In this document: piece after piece, positions 46,103 to 56,024 of the stretch
Layout: the number at the start of each line of letters is the position of its first letter
Numbering within the stretch: position 1 is the stretch's first letter
DNA from: Archaeoglobi archaeon JdFR-42
GTDB lineage: Archaea > Halobacteriota > Archaeoglobi > Archaeoglobales > JdFR-42
Assembly (NCBI GenBank): GCA_002010305.1
Contig: MTND01000027.1
Coordinates: 50,514-114,513 of the forward strand
DNA: 64,000 nt
Direction of reading: 5' to 3'
Made by a program: the position numbers and the translations under genes
Notes under the pieces: model-generated
Told to the model about the DNA's origin: nothing
What the model saw: only the letters and a program-made list of their open reading frames with translations
The model's database searches: none

Positions 46103-46709
46103 CTTTGAGGCTCCATACATCATCTTTTCTCTGGGAGTCTCTCCAGTAGAGAAGTTTTCGTGGATCTATTCCTTTGCCATCAAATACTTCTTCTCTGATG
46201 TATATGGACTCAACACTTCCGATCAGGAGATAATGGTCCCCTGGTTTTATCTCATCTACAAGTCTACATTCAATAAAGCCGATACATTCTCCTATCAATG
46301 GCACAGAAACTCTTCTGGCCTTAATTTTCGTCAATCCAAGTTCTTTGAACTTGTCTTTTTGAACTCCACTTTCCGTACCAGCTCTGAAAACTTTTTCCAG
46401 AAGGGTTGCTGGTGGGATATTGATACAGAATTCTTCGATTTCTTTAATCAATGCATATGTGTATCTTTCAGGATGCACAGCTATAGAGATAAGAGGGGGA
46501 TGAATTGAAACAGGCATGTTCCATGAGACAGTCATTATATTTCCCTGATCCATAGTCCCTGAAGTTACAAGAACCGTGAGTCGGGGAGACAGAATATGGG
46601 ACACTCTCGTGGGGAGAATTGATCTCATGTTTTCAAGAAGGTTCAGGGATTTAACATCTTCAGAATTTGTATCCTTCGTCTTGATGTTTTTCTTCATTTT
46701 ACATACCAA
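46086..46709 (-). CDS. Flavin reductase-like FMN-binding split-barrel protein
   Basis: NIMTVSWNMPVSIHPPLISIAV and HYLLIGSV are typical of PF01613-type domains. Confidence 0.65.
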   Translation of the reverse strand: MVCKMKKNIKTKDTNSEDVKSLNLLENMRSILPTRVSHILSPRLTVLVTSGTMDQGNIMTVSWNMPVSIHPPLISIAVHPERYTYALIKEIEEFCINIPPATLLEKVFRAGTESGVQKDKFKELGLTKIKARRVSVPLIGECIGFIECRLVDEIKPGDHYLLIGSVESIYIREEVFDGKGIDPRKLLYWRDSQRKDDVWSLKDACRS

Positions 46710-46723
46710 CTTATGTTTGCATT

Positions 46724-48031
46724 TTACATACCAAACTTCTTGGCCAGCTTTTTAAAGGGTATTTTTCCACTTTTCAGACTTTTCATTACATTTTTCATGG
46801 TTCTGTGATACTTCAGCAGTTCTTTAACTTCTTGGGGGCTCGTACCAGAACCTCTTGCTATTCTGTGAATCCTCGAGGTGTTAATAATCTTAGGGTTTTC
46901 CAGTTCTTCGTCAGTCATTGAGTCCATAATCACCTTGAACTTGGCCATTTTTTCCTGAGTGGTCTCGAACATATCATCTTTAACATCAAAATTGAATCCA
47001 AAAGGAAGCATATCAAATATCTTGTTGATAGGTCCCATTTTATTCATAGCTTCCATTTGTTTGTACATATCCTTCAAAGTAAATTTTCCCTTTAGGAGTG
47101 CCTTGGGGTCTAAATCTTCTTCTGCAAAAACTTCTTCAGCTTTTTCAAGAAGAGATTTGAGATCCCCCATCCCAAGAAGCCTCGAGACAAATCTCTCTGG
47201 ATCGAATTTTTCCAGATCATCAATTCTCTCCCCAGTCCCAATGAATGCTATAGGTATACTCGTCTCTTTACTGGCTGATAAGGAGCCTCCTCCCTTTGCA
47301 GTCCCATCAAATTTTGTTATAATTATCCCGGAGATACCTATGGCGTCATGAAACGCCTTAGCTTGTTTGCTGGCTAGCTGACCTATGGCAGCATCAAGAA
47401 CCAGGAATTTGTAATCTGGCTGAAAAACCTTCTCAAGGTCTATCATTTCTTTGATCAGATCTTCTTCCAGAGCATGACGTCCTGCGGTATCAGCAATGAT
47501 TACTTCATAATCTTTCAGAGCTTTTAATCCATTTTTGACAATTTTAATTGCATCTTTTTCTCTCTTCTCTCCATAAAATCCAATTCCATGTTCGCCAACC
47601 AGCTGAGATAGCTGATCGTAAGCTCCTGGCCTGAAGGTATCGGCACATATAACTGCAGTCTTCAAATTTTTATTTTTGAAATACTTGGCAAGTTTTGCGA
47701 CTGTTGTGGTTTTACCGCTCCCCTGCAACCCAACAAGCATTATTTTTTGCTTTGAAAGTGGTATCTCTACCCCCTTGCCAATTATATCAACGATTTCATC
47801 ATATAGAACTTTAATAACATGTTCTCTAGGGTTTAGGCGAGGATGAAGATCTTCAGACAGAGCTCTCTCCTTCAGATTCTTGGACAATTGCATTACATGA
47901 CGGACGTTAACATCAGCCTGAAGGAGAGCCCGTTGGATGTCCCTGACCATCTCTTCAACGAAGTACTTGTCGATTTTACTTGATTTTGCTATTTTTCTAA
48001 CGATTCCTCTGAGCGAATCTCCTAGTTTCAT
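46724..48031 (-). CDS. srp54: Signal recognition particle protein SRP54
   Basis: GLQGSGKTTT, DTAGR, TKFDGTAKGG, Met-rich M domain. Confidence 0.95.
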   Translation of the reverse strand: MKLGDSLRGIVRKIAKSSKIDKYFVEEMVRDIQRALLQADVNVRHVMQLSKNLKERALSEDLHPRLNPREHVIKVLYDEIVDIIGKGVEIPLSKQKIMLVGLQGSGKTTTVAKLAKYFKNKNLKTAVICADTFRPGAYDQLSQLVGEHGIGFYGEKREKDAIKIVKNGLKALKDYEVIIADTAGRHALEEDLIKEMIDLEKVFQPDYKFLVLDAAIGQLASKQAKAFHDAIGISGIIITKFDGTAKGGGSLSASKETSIPIAFIGTGERIDDLEKFDPERFVSRLLGMGDLKSLLEKAEEVFAEEDLDPKALLKGKFTLKDMYKQMEAMNKMGPINKIFDMLPFGFNFDVKDDMFETTQEKMAKFKVIMDSMTDEELENPKIINTSRIHRIARGSGTSPQEVKELLKYHRTMKNVMKSLKSGKIPFKKLAKKFGM

Positions 48032-49086
48032 TTATCTCCTCCAAAGTATTCTCCTGCCGTATCTACTGCTCTAGCTACCAGAATAGCGCCATTCTTTAAA
48101 TCTGCTAGACTCAATACTTCCACTGGTGTGTGGATGTATCTGGTTGGAACACTTACCACTCCCGTAGGAATTCCTTTTTTTGTCAGATGAATAGCTGTTG
48201 CATCAGTGGTACCTCCCTCTGCCACTTCAAGCTGATAGGGGATATTGTTATTTTTGGCAGTATTTTTAAGCCATTCAAGTACCTTCTTTGGAGTAATTAG
48301 ACCCCGTCCAGCAGCGTCTATCACTGTGATCATTGGCCCTTCTCCAAGTTTAACATCGGAAAACTTTTTCTCCATCCCAGGGTGGTCTGCAGGTATACCC
48401 ACTTCCGTGACGATTGCTACATCTGGTTCAACACCAAATGCCGATGTTCTGGCTCCTTTAAGGCCCACTTCTTCCTGTACAGTTCCCACAGCGACAACTG
48501 TCACATCTGATTCTATGTAGTCCAATGCTCTCAACATCATAGCAATTCCAGCTCTATCATCGAAGGCTTTCCCCGTTACTCTATCGTTAGCAAGCTCCAC
48601 CACATCTCTGTCCAGGGTTATTATAACTCCAGGCTCAATGCCCATTTTTTTTGCATCCTCTTTATCTTTTGCCCCTACATCGATAAACATATCTTCCAGT
48701 TTTATGGCTTTATTTTTCTCATCCTCTTTCATAACGTGAGGTGGTTTTGACCCAATTACTCCATATATGGGACCTGCTTCGGTATGAACCAGAACTCTCT
48801 GGCTCAGAACCACCTGAGAAAACCATCCTCCAAGTGGTGTAAATCGGATAAACCCATTTTCATCTACATGTTTTACCATAAATCCGATTTCATCCATATG
48901 GGCAGCTATCATTACCTTAGGTCTACCACCCTTTTTAATGCCGATTACGTTTCCAAGAGGATCAATCTCAACTTCATCAACCAGCTTTTCCAGTTTTTTT
49001 GCCAGTATCTCTCTTACTGGATCTTCATAACCGGATATGCCAGGAGCTCCAGAAAATTCTTTCAGTAATTTCTTCAGTTTTTCCAT
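48028..49086 (-). CDS. M42 family aminopeptidase (TET/FrvX-like)
   Basis: APGISGYE, AAHMDEIGFMV, KAFDDRAG, QEEVGLKGA. Confidence 0.85.
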   Translation of the reverse strand: MEKLKKLLKEFSGAPGISGYEDPVREILAKKLEKLVDEVEIDPLGNVIGIKKGGRPKVMIAAHMDEIGFMVKHVDENGFIRFTPLGGWFSQVVLSQRVLVHTEAGPIYGVIGSKPPHVMKEDEKNKAIKLEDMFIDVGAKDKEDAKKMGIEPGVIITLDRDVVELANDRVTGKAFDDRAGIAMMLRALDYIESDVTVVAVGTVQEEVGLKGARTSAFGVEPDVAIVTEVGIPADHPGMEKKFSDVKLGEGPMITVIDAAGRGLITPKKVLEWLKNTAKNNNIPYQLEVAEGGTTDATAIHLTKKGIPTGVVSVPTRYIHTPVEVLSLADLKNGAILVARAVDTAGEYFGGDK

Positions 49087-49095
49087 TATATCACC

Positions 49096-49704
49096 TCATT
49101 CCAGCACAGAATGTCTCATTCGAAGGTCGTCTTCATTGAGATTTTTCAATTTCATTAGTTCCGCTACTACACCGTCGAGGAAAACCAGAGAAGAGATCTC
49201 AAACAAGGTTCCAAGAGGTGCAATTCTTTTATCCTCACCTCTAGATGCGGAACTCTTGTCTTTACCTTTTATTATAAGCTTTATGTCTGCAAGTTTTGCC
49301 AGTTTCGATCCTTTTCTGGCTGTAATTGCTGCTACTTTACAGTTGACTTTTTTCTTTGCTTTTCTTCCAAGATCCACTACAGAGGTTGTTTCTCCACTTC
49401 CTGAAATGGCAATCAGCAGATCGTTCTCTCTTATTCTTGGTGTTACTGTCTCTCCCACGACATACACGTTAAATCCAAGGTGCATCAGCCGCATAGCAAA
49501 AGCTCTGGCAACAAACCCGGATCGACCGGCTCCAAGAATGAAAATATTTTCTGACTCTAGAATGGCTTTAATAAAAGACATGACTTCATCCAGATTGATC
49601 TTTTCCGCCAGATGGATAAGGTGAAGACTCAAAGTCTTTATAAATTTTATCATGATCTCTCCAGGAGTATAGCCTTCTAATGGATTTGTCTCTATACTGT
49701 TCAT
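49096..49704 (-). CDS. SIS-domain 6-phospho-3-hexuloisomerase-like protein
   Basis: ILGAGRSGFVARAFAMRLMHLG, ISGSGETTS. Confidence 0.6.
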   Translation of the reverse strand: MNSIETNPLEGYTPGEIMIKFIKTLSLHLIHLAEKINLDEVMSFIKAILESENIFILGAGRSGFVARAFAMRLMHLGFNVYVVGETVTPRIRENDLLIAISGSGETTSVVDLGRKAKKKVNCKVAAITARKGSKLAKLADIKLIIKGKDKSSASRGEDKRIAPLGTLFEISSLVFLDGVVAELMKLKNLNEDDLRMRHSVLE

Positions 49705-49752
49705 TCAAGGGGATGTTGTGGGATTATTTATAAAAAAGTTTTGAATCTCCCA

Positions 49753-51084
49753 TTATGTGATGGTATCAAGTTTTTTCATCAACTGTCTTGCTGCAATAAC
49801 AAGAGGGTCCCATACTGGACCAAAGGGAGGAGAGTAAGCCAAATCAGCAAAAAATAGATCTTCCACAGTTCCTCCTTTTTGGATAAGGGCAGCAGCAGTC
49901 CTTACACGTCCAGGAACCATCTCATAGCCAATTATCTGAGCTCCAAGCAACTTACCAGTAGGACTGGCTATCAGCTTAACGAGAATCTCTTTACCTCCTG
50001 GGTAATATCTTGGTCTTGTTTTCGTCTCAATGGTAACAGACACAGGTTCAAATCCATGCTCTCTTGCTTCTCTCTCATTAAAACCTGTTTTTCCAAGCTG
50101 TAAATCAAAGAATTTTGTAAGAGTAGTACCAAGAACTCCTGGGAACTCCATATATCTACCCGCTATGTTGGAACCAGCTACATAGCCCATTTTGTTGGCA
50201 GTAGGTGCAAGAGGATACCACACTTCTTCACCACTTATCATATGGATGGTCTGAGCACAGTCTCCTGCTGCATATACGTTTTCTACACTGGTTTCCATAG
50301 TCGAATGTGTTTTAATGGCTCCTGTTTTACCAATTTCTACTCCAAAATGACGAGCAAGTTCTACATTTGGCTTAACACCTGTAGCAAGGATAACCATATC
50401 TGCCTTATACTCCTCTTTGTCAGTTATAACAGTTTCAACTCTATCAGTTCCCTCAATAGCTTCCACTGTCTCATTAAGACGAACATCCATGTTGACTCTG
50501 AGCTCTCTTTCCATTATGCTCGCGATATCCTGATCCACAGATGGAAGAACCTGGGGCTCCCGTTCTATAACAATCACATTTTTATTCAGAGATACAAGGG
50601 CCTCAGCAAGCTCTATTTCCACATAGCTTGCTCCAACAACGACTACATCTTTACAATGTTTCAATTCTTCTCGAATTGTATATCCATCCTCGATAACATC
50701 GACGGTATAGACTCCATCCAGATCCTCTCCCGGGATTCCTAATCGACGAGGAGATGCCCCAGTAGCTATTACTAAATAATCCCACTCTTCTCTAATCTCC
50801 TGTCCGAGACAATCCACTACCACACTGCCACTATCTATCTCAATCACTCTGGAATTGGTCTTTACATTTATCTTTCTGTTTTTAATGAAAAATTCAGGTG
50901 AGTAATACGTTAAATCTTCAAGATGTCGTGAAAAACCCTCTATGAAATAAGGAATGCCGCACGGAGCATGACTGACAAATCTACCGGATTCAAAAACTGT
51001 TACTTCTGCATCATGATTGATACGTTTAATTCGTGACGCTGAGCTCATCCCTGCTGCTCCTCCACCTATAACCACAACTTTCAC
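49753..51084 (-). CDS. CoA-disulfide reductase / NADH oxidase family flavoprotein
   Basis: VKVVVIGGGAAG FAD motif, single redox Cys context SHAPCGIPYF, second Rossmann VVVGASYVEIE. The GTG at 51084 is preceded by AGGTGGT; the track N-terminal extension is rejected. Confidence 0.8.
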   Translation of the reverse strand: MKVVVIGGGAAGMSSASRIKRINHDAEVTVFESGRFVSHAPCGIPYFIEGFSRHLEDLTYYSPEFFIKNRKINVKTNSRVIEIDSGSVVVDCLGQEIREEWDYLVIATGASPRRLGIPGEDLDGVYTVDVIEDGYTIREELKHCKDVVVVGASYVEIELAEALVSLNKNVIVIEREPQVLPSVDQDIASIMERELRVNMDVRLNETVEAIEGTDRVETVITDKEEYKADMVILATGVKPNVELARHFGVEIGKTGAIKTHSTMETSVENVYAAGDCAQTIHMISGEEVWYPLAPTANKMGYVAGSNIAGRYMEFPGVLGTTLTKFFDLQLGKTGFNEREAREHGFEPVSVTIETKTRPRYYPGGKEILVKLIASPTGKLLGAQIIGYEMVPGRVRTAAALIQKGGTVEDLFFADLAYSPPFGPVWDPLVIAARQLMKKLDTIT

Positions 51085-51223
51085 ACATACCACCTGCCAA
51101 ATGACAGTTATCAGAGGAGTAGTCAGGTTGTATTTTTTATTTTTGGTGGGGAAACCACCCAGCAACAGCATAGAGAAAACAAAAAAGTTATCATATTGAA
51201 ATATTACAGTCCATCCAGATACT

Positions 51224-52861
51224 ATGATAAAAATAGACAATTGCCATGTGGTGGATGTTTTATCAGGGGAGATAATCAGAGACACCTCGATCATAATTGA
51301 AGGAAATAAGATAGACGAGATCGGAGGGGATGCGAGTTGCGATACAACTATCGATGGAAAGGGAATGTTTGCTCTTCCAGGTTTTATTGATCCGCATGGC
51401 CATCTGGAAGTGATGTACACCCCTCATAATTTCTCTCCTGCAGGAGTCATACACGGAACAACCTGCTGCATTTCTGAGACCCATGAATTCGCAAATATTT
51501 TTGGTGCAAAGGGTATAGATTTTCTGATGTCTGCTGGAAAGCAGTCCATGATCAGGATTTTTTTCACTATTGGCTCTATAACACCTCAGATACCTGAAGT
51601 TGAAGGTCCTGAGAAATTATCGCCTAAAGAAATAGAAGAATTTATGAAAAGACCAGAAGTGGTCGGTTTGGGAGAAGTTATCTCGTGGCCAAGAGTTCTT
51701 AAAAAAGACCCAGTAATGTCGAAAAAAATTGAAATTGCAAAAAAATATGGTAAGACTGTTGAAGGACATATCTCGGGAGCAAAGGGAGATAAAATACACC
51801 TACTTGCTAAGGCAGGAATAACTTCCTGTCATGAGTCTATTACAGGAGAAGAAGCCCTGATCAAACTTCAGGAAGGTTTACATGTTATAATTCGAGAAGG
51901 TTCCATAAGAAGAGAAATGGAGCGGATTGTCCCGTTTTTAAAGAACTATCCGGATTATTTCGATAGGATTATGTTATCACCTGACTGGATGGACCCCAGA
52001 GATATCTTAAAGTATGGATATATGGACCACGTAGTTACAAGAGCCATACAGATGGGATTTGAGCCTATTATTACCATCCAGATGGCGACGATAAATCCAG
52101 CCAGATATTTTGGGCTTTCTAACTTGGGAGCGATAAAAGAGGGATATATGGCAGATATTCTCCTTGTAAACGACCTCAAAAATCCAGTACCAAGATATGT
52201 TATTCTGGATGGGAAAATCTTGCTGGAAGATAGCCTCTTGACTATCAAACCTAGCTCTCTTGAAATTCCTGAAACAATACAAAATTCCGTAAGTATCTCT
52301 CCTGATCTCTCTGAAAGAGATTTTGCTTTTAACCCATCAAATTCAATGGTTCCATGCATCGAGATTGTGAACAGAACCATAACAAAAAGAATACATGTCG
52401 AAGTTAAAAATGATAATCTTCCTGATAGAATCTCAGTTATCAGACTGATTGACCGGTGGAATGGAAAAAAAAGTCCCTATGGTTTGGTAAAAGGATTCGA
52501 TATTGAGGGATTTGCATCAACATTTTCTCAGGATTGTCATAATCTTATTGTGATCGGAAGAGACCCAAGCGCCATGGCACGATGTGCCAATAGAGTTATA
52601 GAATTAGGTGGTGGGTTTGTATATTATAACGAGGGGGATCTTATAGACTTGCGAATGGATGTGGGTGGGATTGCCTCATCAAAGGATATGGAAACCCTTG
52701 CCAATTCAATAGAAAAATTTGAAGCACCTTTGAGAGATGTAACTGGACTCGAATCCCCAATTCTTACATCAGGATTTCTAACATTTTCTTCTCTTCCTTT
52801 TTTCAGGATGACGATAAGCGGGATGTATGACGTACTTAAAGGTGAAGTGATCAAACTTTGA
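51224..52861 (+). CDS. Amidohydrolase, adenine deaminase-like
   Basis: LPGFIDPHGHLE metal motif. Length and two-domain layout are consistent with Ade. Confidence 0.55.
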   Translation: MIKIDNCHVVDVLSGEIIRDTSIIIEGNKIDEIGGDASCDTTIDGKGMFALPGFIDPHGHLEVMYTPHNFSPAGVIHGTTCCISETHEFANIFGAKGIDFLMSAGKQSMIRIFFTIGSITPQIPEVEGPEKLSPKEIEEFMKRPEVVGLGEVISWPRVLKKDPVMSKKIEIAKKYGKTVEGHISGAKGDKIHLLAKAGITSCHESITGEEALIKLQEGLHVIIREGSIRREMERIVPFLKNYPDYFDRIMLSPDWMDPRDILKYGYMDHVVTRAIQMGFEPIITIQMATINPARYFGLSNLGAIKEGYMADILLVNDLKNPVPRYVILDGKILLEDSLLTIKPSSLEIPETIQNSVSISPDLSERDFAFNPSNSMVPCIEIVNRTITKRIHVEVKNDNLPDRISVIRLIDRWNGKKSPYGLVKGFDIEGFASTFSQDCHNLIVIGRDPSAMARCANRVIELGGGFVYYNEGDLIDLRMDVGGIASSKDMETLANSIEKFEAPLRDVTGLESPILTSGFLTFSSLPFFRMTISGMYDVLKGEVIKL

Positions 52862-53080
52862 TTCTTAAAACTCAGATCCTTTTTTAGTTACGTTTTTGAA
52901 CGAATAAATGAGAGTTATGAACAGAAAAGCCTCAGATCAGCTCTTGTCATCATTATTCAGGTCGCCCATCAATCATCATCGGCCAGATCTTGTTTAGTTT
53001 GAAGATATATTAATCCTTTTTCCATTACGCTTTTCAATCGTCCACATCATCTGGATAAGATTTCATTAATTTTTTATAGT

Positions 53081-55150
53081 TTGAAACCCAACATAAAGCC
53101 TGTGGAAATTATAAAAACCGCCTGTGAACTCTGCGCTTGGGCCTGTGGAATGGATGTTTACGTTGAGAATGGTAAAGTTATAAGGGTGAAGGGTAGCAAA
53201 GAGAATCCTCTCAACAGAGGAAGGCTCTGCCCTAAAGGTTCTGCTGCGGTAGACTACCTTTACAGCAAAGATAGAATTCTGCATCCTATGAAAAGAGATG
53301 GTGAAGAATGGGTCAGAATCTCATGGGAAGAAGCGATAGATGTCATAGCCGAAAAACTGAAAAAAGTCAAGGAAGAATTTAGCCCAAAATCTTTTGCTGC
53401 CATTATAGGTATGCCCATTTTGCTGGGCGGCTCTTCAACTGTGGGTTTCATCAGGCGGTTTATGGATGTGTATGGCTCACCTAACTGCTTTTCTCCTGAA
53501 AGCATGTGTTACAGGCATGAAATAATTGGGTATATTTTAACCACTGGAAAGTTTTCGGTTGCCGATCCGGAAAATGCGAAATGCATAGTAGTGTGGGCCC
53601 ACAACCCTCATGCCTCAAAACCTCCATTAGCTTGGATGATTGAACATGCTAAAAAGAAAGGAGCCAGGATTATAGTAATAGACCCGAGAAAAACTAGAGT
53701 GGCGGAAATGGCGGACATACATGCCAGAATAAGACCAGGAAGCGATACAGCCTTAGCTATAGGATTGATGAAAGTTATTGTAGAAAAAGATCTGTATGAC
53801 AAAGAGTTTGTTGAAAACTATTGCCATGGATTTGATAGTCTTAAAGAGCATTTGAAGAATTATTCTTTAGAAGAGATATCAGAGACTACATGGGTGGATT
53901 TAGAGACAATCGAGGAGATAGCTCGGTCTATAGCAACCATAAAGCCATCATGCATAGTTCAGGGAGTAAATGCTTTAGATCAGGTTCCTACTGGAGTTCA
54001 GAATGCAAGAGCTGTTGCAATGCTTCATGCCTTAACTGGAAATATTGATGTGAAAGGAGGGTTTGTTAGAGCTTCGAGGGTTCATACCAACTCACTGAGA
54101 CTTCAAGAAATGCTAGACAGTATCCCTCTTGGGATAAAAGAACACCCCCTATTTTACCAGGTTTGGGGGACTCATCTGGGAGAAGGTCAAGGTATGTATT
54201 TATATGACGCCATTCTGGAAGAAAAACCCTACCCCATCAAGGCGTTATTCATAGCTGGCTCCAATCCATTGTTAACCTGGCCTAATTCAGGAAAACTGAA
54301 AAGAGCCCTTGAAAAAGTTGAATTCCTTGTTGTGATGGATCTGTTTATGACAGAAACGGCAAAGATGGCTGACATCTTCCTTCCTGCAGCCACATTTCTG
54401 GAAAGGACAGAATTATGTGATTATTACAGCGTTATTTTTGGAATTCCGTATATGGTGCTGAGAAAAAAAGTTATTGAACCACTGGGAGAATCGAAATCTG
54501 ATGTGGAATTCTGGTTGATGCTGGCCAAACAGATGGGTTATGATAAATATTTCCCATGGAATACTCCTGAAGAGATGCTGGATTATGTCCTTGAACCAAC
54601 TGGACTAACGGTGAAGGATCTCATGGAAAAATATCCTGCCGGCTTGTGGATGGGAGAAGTGAGGTATGGAGAATATATAAAGAGGGGCTTTAAAACACCT
54701 AGTAAAAAGGTTGAGCTATATTCCGATACCCTCAAAAAATTAGGCTATGATCCTGTTCCAGATCATAAAGAGCCCACAGAAAGCATATTTTCAGATAAAT
54801 CCAAAGACTTCCCGCTGATATTAACGACTGGAGCGAGGGTTATCAACTATACTCACTCTCAGCTCAGAAATGTCGAAAAATTGAGGAAATTAAATCCAGA
54901 CCCCTTCGTTGAGATACATCCTGCCACAGCAGCCCAGTATGGAATCAAAGACGGTGAAATGGTTGTTGTGAAAACTGAAAGAGGAGAAATAGAAATAAAG
55001 GCTAAAATTACTGAAGGAATACTTCCTGGTGTAATTAACATTCCCCATGGGTGGAGTAATGCGAATGTTAATGTGTTGACTTCAGAGAAGCCTGGGGATC
55101 CGATATCTGGTTGTCCTGAGTTGAAGGCTTTGCTGGCGAAGAAAGAATAA
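53081..55150 (+). CDS. Cytoplasmic molybdopterin (bis-PGD) oxidoreductase catalytic subunit, unknown substrate
   Basis: N-terminal C-x2-C-x3-C...C (CELCAWACG...CPKG) 4Fe-4S motif and no twin-Arg signal. Candidate Cys ligand in ESMCYRH. C-terminal beta-barrel (IHPATAAQYGIKDGEMV). The TTG start is uncertain. Confidence 0.75.
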   Translation: MKPNIKPVEIIKTACELCAWACGMDVYVENGKVIRVKGSKENPLNRGRLCPKGSAAVDYLYSKDRILHPMKRDGEEWVRISWEEAIDVIAEKLKKVKEEFSPKSFAAIIGMPILLGGSSTVGFIRRFMDVYGSPNCFSPESMCYRHEIIGYILTTGKFSVADPENAKCIVVWAHNPHASKPPLAWMIEHAKKKGARIIVIDPRKTRVAEMADIHARIRPGSDTALAIGLMKVIVEKDLYDKEFVENYCHGFDSLKEHLKNYSLEEISETTWVDLETIEEIARSIATIKPSCIVQGVNALDQVPTGVQNARAVAMLHALTGNIDVKGGFVRASRVHTNSLRLQEMLDSIPLGIKEHPLFYQVWGTHLGEGQGMYLYDAILEEKPYPIKALFIAGSNPLLTWPNSGKLKRALEKVEFLVVMDLFMTETAKMADIFLPAATFLERTELCDYYSVIFGIPYMVLRKKVIEPLGESKSDVEFWLMLAKQMGYDKYFPWNTPEEMLDYVLEPTGLTVKDLMEKYPAGLWMGEVRYGEYIKRGFKTPSKKVELYSDTLKKLGYDPVPDHKEPTESIFSDKSKDFPLILTTGARVINYTHSQLRNVEKLRKLNPDPFVEIHPATAAQYGIKDGEMVVVKTERGEIEIKAKITEGILPGVINIPHGWSNANVNVLTSEKPGDPISGCPELKALLAKKE

Positions 55151-55226
55151 ATGTATTTTGATGGGTTTCAGTCAATAAACAAAAAACGAATAATCTTTTA
55201 TAATCAGTTGCCTCAACCAGTAAAAT

Positions 55227-55784
55227 ATGAGAGTGTACGTGGTTAATAATTATGGACAGTATAACCACCTAATCTACCGGACTCTCAGGGATCTGGAGGT
55301 TGAGACGCGTTTGATCTCTAACAATACCTCTCTCGACTCTTTAGAAAAACTGGATCTTGATGGTCTTATAATCGGAGGAGGACCCTCGATAGAGCGTACA
55401 GGCAATTGCCGGGAATACATCCAGAATCTGGATATACCCATTCTGGGCATATGTCTCGGTCATCAGTTGATTGCAGAAACATTTGGAGGTAAGGTAAGGA
55501 GGGGAGAGATGGGAGGTTATGCTGAAGTATATGTGCGTATTGTGGCGTATGACGAACTCTTTGAAGGATTTGATAAACAGATACGGGTATGGTCTTCTCA
55601 TGCCGACGAGGTGTATGTTATGCCAGATGAATTCAAATTGCTTGCCACTTCAGAAATATGCGACATCGAAGCAATGAGACACATAAGAAGACCACTGTAT
55701 GGTATTCAGTGGCATCCAGAAGTTGCTCATACCCAGTTTGGGGAAGAGACCTATCAAAACTTTCTCAAAATCTGTAAAAGATAA
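55227..55784 (+). CDS. guaAA: GMP synthase glutamine amidotransferase subunit A
   Basis: Class I GATase: ILGICLGHQL, QWHPE. Length about 185 aa, typical of split archaeal GuaA. Confidence 0.85.
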   Translation: MRVYVVNNYGQYNHLIYRTLRDLEVETRLISNNTSLDSLEKLDLDGLIIGGGPSIERTGNCREYIQNLDIPILGICLGHQLIAETFGGKVRRGEMGGYAEVYVRIVAYDELFEGFDKQIRVWSSHADEVYVMPDEFKLLATSEICDIEAMRHIRRPLYGIQWHPEVAHTQFGEETYQNFLKICKR

Positions 55785-56024
55785 GTGTATATCGATATGA
55801 TATGAAGGGATTGTGAGTGACTGTTTACGGAGTTGTAATACTATAAGCGCCTTTTCCACTTCTGGGTTATTCAGAGAGTGATTCAACTTGTATTAAATAT
55901 TACAGTTTTAAAATAATTGAACAGTTTTCTTTACAAATTACCGTAAACTATATATATATTTCAGTTAAACGTAAAGATAAATTGGAGAGTTAGCTATATA
56001 TGTTCAATAACAGAGGTGTTGTGA

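Noticed and set aside
51085-51420. 112-codon N-terminal extension of the NADH oxidase/CoADR ORF, overlapping the adenine-deaminase-like gene on the opposite strand
   Set aside because: The extension has no protein-like character. The FAD motif VKVVVIGGGAAG starts right at a GTG (51084) preceded by AGGTGGT. The overlap is a longest-ORF artefact and the region is a divergent promoter spacer.
53081-55150. Selenocysteine or pyrrolysine recoding in the Mo enzyme or methyltransferase genes
   Set aside because: All these ORFs are continuous with no in-frame TGA/TAG interruption. The likely metal ligand is an ordinary Cys.
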